A DNA stretch of 64,000 nt, taken from Anaeramoeba ignava BMAN (Eukaryota > Protista > Anaeramoebae). A model generated the notes under the pieces. It had not been told where the DNA came from. It ran no database searches and worked only from the letters and a program-made list of their open reading frames with translations. The translations under genes were made by a program, and so were the position numbers. The first letter of the stretch is position 1, and each line of letters begins with the position of its first letter. The stretch is from positions 1-64,000 of the forward strand of contig JAPDFW010000067.1 in the NCBI GenBank assembly GCA_028826165.1, read 5' to 3'. Below, piece by piece: positions 46,400 to 59,461 of this stretch.

Positions 46400-49300
46400 A
46401 TGGAAGAAAAACAAATAGAATTTTCAGGATTCCTATTTCAAAAAGCAGTTTTTAATCGATGGAATAAAAGATTTGTAAAATTAACGAAAAACGGGAAATT
46501 ATTAATTTTTAAAGATAAAAACGATACAAAAACAAAACATGAAATGGATGTAACGAATTATGAAGTAAAAACAGTTCCCGTTTCCAAATTTAAAAAGCAG
46601 AATGTATTTTTTCTTGGGATGAATATTTCAAAAGGAAAAAAGAAAAAAATATATTTTTCTTGTAGTAGTGAGAAGGAGAAGAATGATTGGCTTGAGATGA
46701 TAAACAATGTATTACATAAGAGGCAAGATAATTATCGACCGAGTTTATCTTTGAAATCTTTACAAAGTTTATCACCGAGTTCAATCAAACTGCAGTAATT
46801 TTAAATTTATAAATTAGTTTTAATTTTATAAATTATTTTGAATTATTTTTTTATTATAAATTAATTTTAATTTTATAAATTATTTTGAATTATTTTTTTA
46901 TTATAATAGTTATTCAAAACAACAGAATAATCAGAATAACCAAAGTACTACAGTTTCACCAACATCAACTTCTAAAACAGCTTTGGATTATACAGACGAT
47001 GAAAGTGAATTCGGTCAAGAAGTCCCAAATTTCATTGAAGATGAAATGGATTGGAATGAAACACTTCGTCTATTATTGCAACAATTACCTCCACAAAGAA
47101 CATATGAAAAATTTTATGAAATTCACGAAAATGTTCAACATGAAATTAGTATTTTGCAACTACTTGGAAACTTCCTTCATACAGCAGCTTATTGTGCACA
47201 AATTCTTATTGATGAATATCCACTCAAGAAATCTCAAAAAATTATCAAACCAATTTTTAATGAAAATTGCGATCCAAAACAAAAGAATTTTTTGATGGAA
47301 AAAGAACATTTTGAAGAAGATCAAATCCCAGGAATTCAATATGAAACATCCAATATGATTTTTAGATTCTATCACAGATATCCTGGAAAGCTAGAAAGCA
47401 CAGAGCTTTCTATGAAGATGGCTAATCATTTAGTCCAAAATGGAAAATTTATTCAGGAGGCAAATATAATCGGAGTTTATGTTCCTCTTCAATGCATCGT
47501 TGATTATAAAGGATTCCGTATTCATGTCTCAGCACAATTGCCTAATAATAAAAGAAGAGTTAAATTAGGTGAAGTGGTTAGTCCCAAAATTAAGAAGAAA
47601 TTGAAAGATTTATTGCAGAAATATTGTCTTAATTTGGATATGGAAAATGTTGATTTATTGGAAGTTCTTGAAATATCGGAAAATGAAATTTATTTATTAA
47701 ATGTGGAACAACTTTTCCCAACAGAAAAGTTTAATTACGAAGATCCGATAATCAATTTATTGAAAAAAGACTTAGAAAAGGAGGAATACAAGATGGTTTC
47801 AAGGATAAGACCCGAATTGTTAAGAAAAATAGGGAAAATAAGAATGAAAAATATTGATAATGAAAAAAATATTGATATTTCTCAATTTGCAAGAGATCAT
47901 TTATATTCTTATTCGTTGCCCAAATTCATTTCCAAAATGGATAATCTCGAGGTTATTGTTGTTGATTCACAAAAATTAAAAGATCAATTGCATTTGCATG
48001 GAATCAACATAAGGCATCTTGGTGTTCTCGCCAATTTAACAAAAATACCGCATGTAAGACAGCTTCTTGTGATTGAAATGATTGCTCGAGTTTGCAAGAA
48101 AAGCCTATACGAGCAATTACGAAAAACAAGCAAAAGAATCAAGAATATTGAATCAACAGAATTTGCGAATTTGGTTGCAAAAGAGGAAGATAAAGAAGTA
48201 ATAGAAAATGAAAATGGAAATGGAAATGAAAATGGAAATGAAATACAAAATGAAAATGAAATACAAAATGGAAATGAAAATGAAGAAATAAAGGAAAGAA
48301 AACCAGAATATGGATTCCAAACGCCGAAAAAAAGGATTTTAAAAAAGAAAACAACAGATATAGATTTGATAAATGATAGTATTGAGAAAAGTGGGCACAC
48401 AGAATTGGATTCGCCAAGAAACCACAGAGTTGTTGCTCGAATTAACGAGAGAATGGCCTCAATCATAATTGATTTCTTCAACCTTGTTCTTGGATCATCT
48501 GAAGAATGTGAAATGTATTGGGATGTAGTGCTAATTCCTGGAGTTTTGAAAAAATTTGGATTCAAAGCAGATTTCTCAATGATTCACAAACCAGCGCTGT
48601 TTCTAGCTCTACAATTCCACAGCGGTGTTGAATTTGTTGATACGGATGAATACGATTTCTCCAAGGAAAATCCTATTGAAAGGAATGATTTTGTTGCGAT
48701 TCATCCAAAACTAAAGATTTTTTACAACCAAAAAATGCTTTCATCAAAATTTGCGAAAAAATACGACAAATTTTCGTTGAATAACGAATATAACAACGCG
48801 ATCCAATCGCTCAATGTTGAGCTTGCGATCCAAAAATCGGTTTACGGGATTCGAACGATGCAAGTATCAAGAATATTAACGAAACTTTCGGCAATTTATT
48901 TCCAAAAAAAGGATCTTTCAAACTCGGTTCTTTGCGCAAATGCTGCACTTGGCGCTTCAAGGAAATTCTACGGCGATATTGCCGTCACTTATTTAGCTCT
49001 TATGAAGGCAAAATACCAGTCTGGAGACATGAAATCGGCGCTTGAATGTTTCAAATACTCGATGAATATTTTGCATTATCATTTATCTGAAAATCATCCG
49101 CTTTTGATTGATTCTTATAATGAAATTGCGCATCTTTATCAGCGTGATGGGAACATCCAATACGCGCTCAAATTCTTCACAAAGGCACTTGAGCTCTGCA
49201 AAAAAGTGCTTGGAGGAGGACATTGGAAAACTGCTTGGTGTTTCTTCAATGTTGGAAGATGCCATTCGCAATCCACAAATTTCCAGGAGGCGTTAGTCAT

Positions 49301-50054
49301 GATGGAAAACGGACTTGTTATCATAAGCTCTTTGTTTGGAGAGAAGCGTCTTGCTACCTCCATCTTTCATTTCTATGCGGCGGATATATTGATCAAGAAG
49401 GGAGATCTTTCAACGGCAAAAGAGCATAGTATGAAATCACTTGAGACACAAAAATATGTGAATCAATTGGTTCAAGAATCAAATCAATTGAGGACAAATG
49501 GAATTGTTTCTACTTTCAAGGACAGCTTGGAAAACCAGTCTTTGAAGAGAAACCAGGCGCAAATTGAGGATGTTTTTCGAGGATGTGAGAAGAAATACAA
49601 CGATTCCGAAATCAACGTGCTTCTTGTTAAGAATATTCTTCAAGTTGCTTATGTTCATGAGAACTTGAGCGAATTTTTGGAGGCGAATGATTTTTACCAA
49701 AGTGCTCTTGAGATTCTGAAGGATATGGAGGAGGATAATGTTTTGGAGCAAATTCAACACATCACGCGAACTGTATTGAATTTGCAGTTCAAAATGCTTT
49801 CTTTGGAAAAGCAATATATTCTTGAGAAGATTAAAGTTGACCAAATTCAAGGCAAGTCTCAAACATTGAAGTTTCCGATTACAAAAGAGTTATTTGAAAT
49901 GGTTGTTATTGAGCTTTTTGATCAAGATAGTTTGAAGGTTTATGTTGATTCTTTGTTTGATTGTGTTGTTCAAAATGGTGATAAAGAGGCTTTGAAGAAA
50001 TTGAAATCATTATATTTAATTTCGATTGGAGAGGATTTAACTATGTTTAATTAA
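46400..50054 (+). CDS. PH + CLU + TPR protein (clustered-mitochondria family)
   Basis: The PH exon 46400..46794 joins in frame via intron 46795..46909. VPLQCIVDYKGFRI, LHLHGINIRHLG, IEMIARVCK and kinesin-light-chain-type TPRs (HPLLIDSYNEIA). Confidence 0.85.
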
Positions 50055-50055
50055 A

Positions 50056-51662
50056 TTAATTTATAACAGAATTTAAAAAAGAATTTATAAAAGAATTTAA
50101 AAAAGAATTTATGAAAGAATTTATAACAGAATTTATAAAATAATTTATAAAATAATTTATAAAATAATTTATAAAAGAATTTATAAAATAAATTATAAAA
50201 GAATTTATAAAAGAAATTATAAAAGAATTTATAAAAGAAATTATAACAGAATTTATAACAGAATTTATAACAGAAATTATAACAGAAATTATAAAAGAAT
50301 TTAAAAAAGAAATTATAACAGAATTTATAACAGAATTTATAACAGAAATTATAACAGAATTTATAAAATAAATTATAACAGAATTTATAAAAGAAATTAT
50401 AAAATAATTTATAAAATAATTTATAACAGAATTTATAAAAAGAATTTATAAAAAGAATTTATAAAAGAATTTATAAAAGAATTTATAAAAGAATTTATAA
50501 AAGAATTTATAAAATAAATTATAAAAGAAATTATAAAAGAAATTATAAAATAATTTATAACAGAAATTATAACAGAATTTATAAAATAAATTATAAAAGA
50601 AATTATAAAAGAAATTATAAAATAATTTATAACAGAAATTATAACAGAATTTATAACAGAATTTATAACAGAAATTATAACAGAAATTATAACAGAATTT
50701 ATAAAAGAAATTATAAAATAATTTATAAAATAATTTATAACAGAATTTATAAAAGAATTTATAAAATAAATTATAAAAGAATTTATAAAATAATTTATAA
50801 AAGAAATTATAAAATAATTTATAAAATAATTTATAAAAGAAATTATAACAGAATTTATAAAAGAAATTATAAAAGAATTTAAAAAAGAATTTATAAAATA
50901 ATTTATAAAAGAAATTATAAAAGAATTTAAAAAGAATTTATAAAATAATTTATAAAAAGAATTTATAAAATAATTTATAAAAGAATTTATAAAAAGAATT
51001 TATAAAAGAATTTATAAAATAAATTATAAAAGAATTTATAAAAGAAATTATAAAAAGAATTTATAAAAGAAATTATAACAGAATTTATAACAGAATTTAT
51101 AACAGAAATTATAACAGAAATTATAAAAGAATTTAAAAAGAAATTATAACAGAATTTATAACAGAATTTATAACAGAAATTATAACAGAATTTATAAAAT
51201 AAATTATAACAGAATTTATAAAAGAAATTATAAAATAATTTATAAAATAATTTATAACAGAATTTATAAAAGAATTTATAAAAGAATTTATAAAAGAATT
51301 TATAAAAGAATTTATAAAAGAATTTATAAAAGAATTTATAAAAGAATTTATAACAGAAATTATAAAATAATTTATAAAATAAATTATAAAATAATTTATA
51401 AAATAAATTATGAAAGAATTTATAACAGAATTTATAACAGAATTTATAAAAGAATTTATAAAAGAATTTATAAAATAAATTATAAAAGAAATTATAAAAT
51501 AAATTAAAAAAGAAATTATGAAAGAATTTATAAAAGAATTTATAAAAGAATTTATAAAATAATTTATAAAATAATTTATAAAATAATTTATAAAATAATT
51601 TATAACAGAATTTATAAAAGAAATTATAAAAGAAATTATAACAGAATTTATAAAAGAATTTA
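50056..51662. repeat. Intergenic 12-nt tandem array (AATTTATAAAAG variants), 1.6 kb
   Basis: Starts right after the CLU stop and ends ~110 bp before the RPB9 ATG. Confidence 0.93.
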
Positions 51663-51773
51663 ATTGGTTTAATTTAATTAAATGAACAAAAAAAATTAAT
51701 TTGAAAAAAAAATTCATTTTTTCATTTTTTATTTTTTCATTTTTTATTTTTTTATTTTTTATTTTTCAATAAA

Positions 51774-52121
51774 ATGAGTGGAATTAAATTTTGTCCAGAA
51801 TGTAATAATATGCTTCGACCAGCAGAAGATCGAAAAGAAAAAAAACTAAGATATGTTTGTGATAATTGTCATCATTCAGAATATTCAGAAAATGCAAGAA
51901 TTTATGTAAATCACATTAAAACATATCAATTAGAAGAAACAGATCTTCATTTAGATTATGGAAGTGATCCAACTCTTCCAAGAACAGATAGGGAATGTGA
52001 TAGTTGTCAACAAACAGAAGCTGTTTTTTTTCAAGTTCCAAATCGTAAAGGAGAAGAAACAATGGAATTAGAATTTAGATGTGTTGGATGTGGAAAAAAA
52101 TTAATTCATGATCATAATTAG
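51774..52121 (+). CDS. POLR2I: RNA polymerase II subunit RPB9
   Basis: IKFCPECNNML..C..C, DPTLPRT..C..C..EAVFFQ and a second zinc ribbon. Confidence 0.93.
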   Translation: MSGIKFCPECNNMLRPAEDRKEKKLRYVCDNCHHSEYSENARIYVNHIKTYQLEETDLHLDYGSDPTLPRTDRECDSCQQTEAVFFQVPNRKGEETMELEFRCVGCGKKLIHDHN

Positions 52122-52715
52122 AATTACAAAAATGAAATACAAAAATGAAATACAAAAATGAAATATAAAATTAAATACAAAATTAATTATAAAATTAATT
52201 ATAAAATTAAATATAAAATTAATGATAAAATTAAATTCAAAAATGAAATATAAAATTAAATATAAAATTAAATATAAAATTAATGATAAAATTAAATATA
52301 AAATTAAATATAAAATTAAATATAAAATTAATTATAAAATTATTTATAAAATTAATTATAAAATTAAATATAAAATTAAATACAAAATTAAATACAAAAT
52401 TAAATATAAAATTAAATATAAAATTAAATATAAAATTAAATATAAAATTAAATATAAAATTAAATATAAAATTATTGATAAAATTATTTACAAAATTAAA
52501 TATAAAATTAAATATAAAATTAAATATAAAATTATTGATAAAATTATTTATAATATTAAATATAAAATTATTTATAAAATTAAATATAAAATTAATTATA
52601 AAATTATTGATAAAATTAAATACAAAATTAATTACAAAATTATTTACAAAATTAATGATAAAATTATTGATAAAATTAAAGATAAAATTAAAGATAAAAT
52701 TATTTACAAAATTCT
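52122..52715. repeat. Intergenic 12-nt tandem array (AAAATTAAATAT variants)
   Basis: Begins at the RPB9 stop and lies between convergent genes. Confidence 0.9.
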
Positions 52716-52907
52716 TAAATTATTTTCTTAATTTTCTTAATTTTCTTTTTTGTTCTTTGCTTTTTTTTTGAAAAATTAAGAAATAAAAATCACATTCTTT
52801 TTTAAATAAAATTTTTATGATTTTGATTCACTCAAAAAAATGGAAAAAGAAAACCAAAAATCAAAAAATGGAAAAAGAAAAATTTTAAAAAGAAGAAAAT
52901 AACCAAT

Positions 52908-55900
52908 CTATTTTTTTCTTTCAAATTTTTCAGAAGGATCAAAAACAGTAAATTTTGTAGGAAGAATTTGGAAATATTTCTGGATATATTTTTGGAATCT
53001 ATTTTTATAGTCTTCTGGAGAAATAACAGTTGGGGTTTTGCCTTGACCACCACCAACAAGCCCAGTACGCTTGACCCAAGATTCAAGTTGCTTGTCCCAA
53101 GTGTACTGCCTCAAATAATCAATAATACCAACGATGATCTGATGATTTTTGTCGTCGATACCAACAAGCAGGGAATAATCCATGACTTTCATAAGATAAA
53201 GAAAATACGAGTCTTTATAAATGGCGTTCATGATTTCGGATTTTGATTTTTCATCACAAAAAAAGGGAGTTCCGTAAATAAAGTCCTTGAGATTCTCGTC
53301 CTGGAGAACAAACTGGGTCTGTGTGGGGTTTTCGAGATGAAGAGAGTGCTTGTTTGAAGGGATGTTTTCTGGGAGGATCTCTGTATTTGCAGGCTGTGTG
53401 GGAGTATTTTCGTTGAGAATAGGACGGAGCTTGGAGGATGATTTGCGTTGCTCTGAAAGAACTGGGGAGTTGATTGTAGTGGGAGTGGGAGAGATGTTGT
53501 GCGAGGAAGTTTTTTTGGAGGAGAGTATATGCGCATGAGGAACATCAACATAGCGGCTTCGTGTTGATCCTTTGAGATCGAATATTTTGGAGATTTCGCG
53601 GCCATAAAATAAATTTTCCATTAAAACAAGAGCTTGACTTGAAACACGATTGGTTTGAGTTGTGATTGTGATGCGGAATAAACCGAGGATTTTGATGAGC
53701 GCCGAGGGGTGGTTGTGGAATAAGTTGTTTGAGATATAACGGAAGTAGAAAGGAGCGCATAAATTGAAGGATTCGAATTCTGTTTTGGATATTTTTTTGA
53801 TGATGAAGTGGTCATCAAAGGTTTTGGCAAAAGTGGAGCCTGATTTGCCTCCCTTGCTTTCCCAGCGTCTGCATCTTGAGATTGACTGGAAAAAGAGGGT
53901 GTCAGAGGCGTAGGGATCGATACAACAGAAACGACGCAGAGCCTCGAATTTCTTGGGATAGAAAAGTGTGCATTCAATTTTGCTGTGGATCTCAGGATAC
54001 GCAATTTGGATGGTGATTGGCTTTGCGTTTTTGCTTTGGAGAATGCTTTCGAGAACGCGGGGATCGTTGGGCTCGCGTAGATTGATCTGGGGATCGCCGA
54101 GCGCGTGGAGCTTCTTGATGTAATCTTTGGAGTTGAGTGAGTGAGCAATGATTGAGCTGGGCTCGTCTTCGTAGACGCAAACAACGCGGCGGAGAATGCC
54201 TGTTGGAACAAAGACCCATGAACGTGATTCCCGTTGGAAATGATCTGCGAGGTTTTTGAAATGCGCGATGTGATGATGGATGTGATCCTTCTTTCCTGTT
54301 TTCTCCGTTGTCTCAACCCCGTCAATCCCGAATAACCGCCGTGATTGTCCCGATTCGTTGCCGAAACCCTCGAGAGTTTGTGCTCCTCCAGAAAGGTTTC
54401 TTTCGTGGGAGAAATCGCCTCCGGTTGGCGGTAAAAGTACCCATGTATCTCGCAGATCTTCCGCACGCATCCCACTCTGCGTTTGGTGTGTGATGCTCTG
54501 TAAATCTCGTGTGACAAGTCGCAATGCGCCGTCTTTGTCTGTGTTGTGCTCGTGAAGATTCACTATGTCCTCGATCAAATTGAGAAGTTGATTTGGAATG
54601 CTTTCGGTTTTTTTCTTGCTGCTGGGTTTCTTGTCTGTTCCCGCAATAACCCTGCCAATCTCCCTCAACCGCTCGTCAAGCTGGGTCAGTCTTGCGCTGT
54701 GATCGAGGATTTTTGTGAACAAGTTCTGTTTTACTCTGTTCAAACCGAAAATATCGAGCGGTTTTTTTTCGAGATCCAAAATTTCATCCTTGATCTCTTT
54801 TGCATCTTCATCTGTTTTTGCGCGCTGATTCCCAGCCTCGCTCAGAAACGTCTCGAGCATATTCGTAATTTTCTTGTCCTGCGAGCGCTGTTGGTGCTGT
54901 GTTTGCTGGTGGGTTTTTACAGATGCGCAGAGTTGATCAAGATGAACGCGGATATGTTCGAATGCGTTGTTGATTATTCTCTGCAGAAGATTCATCATCT
55001 GTCGCAGGAAGGAGGTGTCTTTTGATTCATGATATTGAACCGTCTTTGGGAGTTGCTCAATCTTCATTGCCTCGATGCGACTGTATTCGAAACAGGCAAT
55101 CATTTTTTTGTGCGCGAAAAAACGCGTTGAATTTGCATGAAGCGCATGCATACACAGCGGCTTGAGCGCGTGTTCTGCGCGGGCAACGCCGTTTTGTTGG
55201 TAGAATATAATCTCGAGAAATTTTGCGAAGGAGAGTAGTTGTGCCTTTCGTCCTAATCGTTTGGGTCGTGTTGTTTGGTGGCATACTCCGCAACTTGTCC
55301 ATGTTTGGATCCCTTCGTCGCTTCCGTCGATCGTTGTCTGTGCGCTCTGGAGCTGGATGGAGATCGCCACGCATCCTTGATTGTGGAGATACGCAAGAAA
55401 TGCCATCCCATGTTTGCTCTTGTCTTCTGTGTTTTTTGTTGTGCTTTCCCGATGAATTATGTTCAGTTTTTTTTCTTGATCTTTTGAGAAGCATTCGTTC
55501 ATCAGGAATTCCCCTAGTGTTGTATCCCCTTTTCGGTATAGTTTTAGGGATCGCATTTTGAGCTCTGTTTCCTTGAAATGATATTTCCGAGAGCGTGCTT
55601 CGACAACAACAAGATCCAGAAGAGAGTATACGTGTTGTTTGCGATATTTGGGTGTTTTGAATTTTTTGCGTGTTTCTATTTCGAGTATTTGTGATTGGTA
55701 GTGTTGTTTGGATGTTTTTGGATGTTTTTGTTGATTCTTATCTTCTTTTATATCTTTGTTTTCATATATATTTTCATTTTCTTTTATTTCTTGATTTTGA
55801 TTTATATCATTTATATTTTGATTTATATTTTCTTTAATATTTTCATTTATATTTTGATTTTCATTTATATTTGTATTTTCATTTATATTTGTATTTTCAT

Positions 55901-58900
55901 TTATATTTTGATTTTCATTAATATTTTCATTTTCTTTAATATCTTCTTTAATATCTTCATTTGTATTTTCTTTAATATTTTGATTTTCATTTATATTTTG
56001 ATTTTCATTAATATCTTCATTTATATTTTCATTTGTATTTTGATTTTCTTTAATTTCATTAATATCTTCTTTGATATCTTCATTTATATTTTGATTTTCT
56101 TTAATATTTTCATTTATATTTTCATTTATATTTTGATTTTCTTTAATATTTTCATTTATATTTTCATTTTCTTTAATATTTTCTTTAATATTTTCATTTG
56201 TATTTTCTTTAATATTTTGATTTTCATTTATATTTTGATTTTCTTTAATATCTTCTTTAATATCTTCTTTAATATCATTTATATTTTGATTTTCTTTAAT
56301 ATCTTCATTTGTATTTTCTTTAATATCTTCATTTGGATTTTCTTTAATATTTTGATCTTCATTTGTATTTTCATTTTCATTTTCTTTAATATTTTGATCT
56401 TCATTTATATTTTCATTTGGATTTTCTTTAATATCTTCATTTGGATCTTCATTTATTTCTTGTTTTTCTTTGATACTCTGCTCTTCTTGCTCCCGTTGCT
56501 CAAGTAACTCCTTCTCCTTTTCAGCAATCAACTCTTGCTCTCGATTCTCAATCTCAATCTCATTCACCTCCAAATCACTTTCTTGCTTCATATCTTGATC
56601 AAGAGCATCATCCTTATCAGCAACATTATCATTCTGCTCATCTTCATCTCCAAAATCATTGCCAAACTCAATCTCACTATCTGTTTCAGCACGATCGCTC
56701 TCCTCAAGAGGTTTTTGGAACCGAGGAGTATGAGACACAAAATCCATATGAGGAGATATGGAAAGAAGATTTCCAGGGGATTCAATGAGAACAGACATGC
56801 CGCTATTTGCAGGGTTGCTGCGGATGAAAATGGCGCTCATATCCAGCAGCGCCTTTGTCTCGAGCCGCGAATTCCACAGCCCGAATATTGCGAGTTTAAG
56901 CAGCTTTTTGAGCTGAGACAATCGCATAAAAGAATCTCCGCGAAGAAGAATTGTGACGAAACTTGTCATCGCATTTTTGGTTGTGATTGCGATAATAGAT
57001 TTTTTATTGGGCGCTTGCGGATCCACCCAATCGGAATCAAACGAGTATTCTCGAAAAGAGAAGTTGGGATTACTGATGGAGTTTTTTGTACTGAGATTTG
57101 TTATGTTGTTTTCATTGGCTGTTTCATGATCATCTAAATCATAAATGGTTGCGCTGAAATTCTCGCAAACACCCAGAACAGGTGCCTTTGCATGGCGGTT
57201 GTATTGACTGCAAATATCGCCGCCAGTCATTTGCGCAATTTGCTGCATTGCCTCCTTCTTGACGTTGCAGACAACAGTGATTTTTTTCTCAAGAAGTATT
57301 TCCTGAGCGAATCGAGACACAACTCCAGTCACAAACAGAACATGAGGATCCAGACTACCGACACGATCCAAAAATGGTCTTAGCAACTTCTGCTCGTTCT
57401 GCAGCACATGCTCCAGAGAGTATATACGCATCTGGTTCTGCTCCTTTTTCTTCTTCCGTTTTGCGTGGAATTGTGAGTTGTAAAAATCAATGTTTCCATC
57501 TACAAATAATATCTTCGCATCCTCAAATACCGTCTGCATGCTCCGATGAAGCACGTTTCGTGAGAATGCAATCCCTTTCACAAAGCTTGATGCTTCGGGA
57601 TCTTTTCCTGCGATTTTCTTGATCTTGATGCATTGCAAAATGTTCAATGGCATCGCGTATTTTGTTTCGTCTCCGCCTCCTCCCTTCATGCTATCATCTC
57701 CGCTCTTCCTTCCGCTTATCTTCATCCCCATTTTCTCACGCTCTTCTTTGTCTACAAGGAAATTTTCTAGTGAATCGCATGTGCATTCCGCTAATTTCAT
57801 GATTTTGTGCGTCCATTTTTCAGGATCAAAGTTTTGTTCTTTTAATGCTTGTCGGATCACTGCAACTAGATGTGCATATTCCACATCGTGTAGATGTTTT
57901 TTGTGCATTTTTTCCAGAATTGTTTTTTGTTCTTTTTCTTTAGTTTTGTTTTGATTTTTGATTTTATTTTGATTTTGATTTTGAATTTGATTTCGATTTT
58001 GATTTAGATTTTGATTTTGATTTTGATTTTGATTTTCATTTGAATTTTCATTTTGATTTTGATTTAGATTTTGTTTTAAATTTGAATTTTCATTTTGATT
58101 TTCATTTGAATTTTCATTTTGATTTTCATTTTCTTTTGAATTTTCATTTTGATTTTCATTTTCATTTTCATTTTCATTTTCATTTTCATTTTCATTTGAA
58201 TTTTCATTTTGATTTTCATTTGAATTTTCATTCTCGGAATCGTTTGGCATTTTTATTAAACCTTTTGAGGAAAATACATTTAAATAAATATTAAATAAAT
58301 ATTAATTAAATAATTAAATAAATATCAAATAAATATCAAATAAATATATTTTTGAAAATAAATATTAAATAAATATATTTTTGAAAATAAATATTAATTC
58401 AATATATTTTTGAAAATAAATATCATTTCATATATACATGAATTCCTTTCAATCTCAATAGCAAATGACGTAGGTGAGAAATACTGATACCGATCAGTCA
58501 CAATAGTCTCAATTCCACTAAAATCCTCTTGTCCAACACCAACAACATCAGAATTCTTCACATTATCTCCCCACCTCCGATTCCATGCATTCTTACTAAG
58601 AGCACCAAAACAATCCTTGTCTCGTGAAACCCCTTTCTGCTTTCTCGTTTCTTCAATAACTTCCTGCTCAATACCTTCATCAACAACCTTCTGCCCAACT
58701 AAAGATACACTTGATTGCGAATCACTTATCTGCATCCTTCCTGCCTCGAGTTGTGGCTCCATGTTCTTGAAAATATCTGCACATTCATTACACACAAGAA
58801 GCTTTGAATGGAACCCTAAATTCTCGCCTGAAACAAGTTTCATGCATTGCTGACAGAAACTCAAGTTGCAAATCTGACATTTATCCGGCACAAACTTTTG

Positions 58901-59218
58901 TGTAAATTGCTTTTTGCACTTGTGGCATGAATCTTGTTGTCTTCGCGAATGTTTCTCTTGTGAAACCCGTTGTCTTTCCGCTTTATTGATAAACTGAAAC
59001 ATATTTTTGATTGTTTTAATTGATACTTTACTTTTTGGTGTTTCAATATAATTTTTAACAGAAAAATTCTTATGATCAGATTCAGTTTGATTTTGTTTTC
59101 TTTTTTGGATTTTTTTAGATAAATCAATTAATTCATCAAATCCCAAATTTTGATTTTGATTTTGATTTTGATTTTTATTTTCTTTCTCTTTATCATTTCC
59201 ATTTTCTTTTTCACTCAT
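52908..59218 (-). CDS. PIKFYVE: 1-phosphatidylinositol-3-phosphate 5-kinase Fab1/PIKfyve
   Basis: FYVE-like exon 59218..58438, intron 58437..58262, CCT-like domain (IKIKKIAG..TILLRG), and kinase motifs GGKSGSTF, FDLKGS, MDYSLLVG and GIIDYLRQYTWDK. Confidence 0.95.
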
Positions 59219-59461
59219 TATTATTATTAAAAAAAAAATGAAAAAAAATGAAAAAAATAAAAAATAAAAAATAAATTTTTTTTAATTATTGAAAAATTTT
59301 CCAAATCGTTTTATTATTTGTAGTTTGAGTAGCTAAGTTGAATGGGTTTTGTTTTTGTGTATTATTATTATTATTGTTCTTATTCTTTGTTGAAAAAAAA
59401 AAAAGATTTTGAAAATAGAAAAAAAAAAGAATTATTTTTGTTGAAAAAACTCTTTTAAAAT

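Noticed and set aside
52968-57954. Many overlapping and antisense ORFs in PIKfyve (also in the CLU, SUCLG1, EEF1A and PH genes)
   Set aside because: Shadow ORFs of GC-richer coding DNA, with no recognisable motifs.
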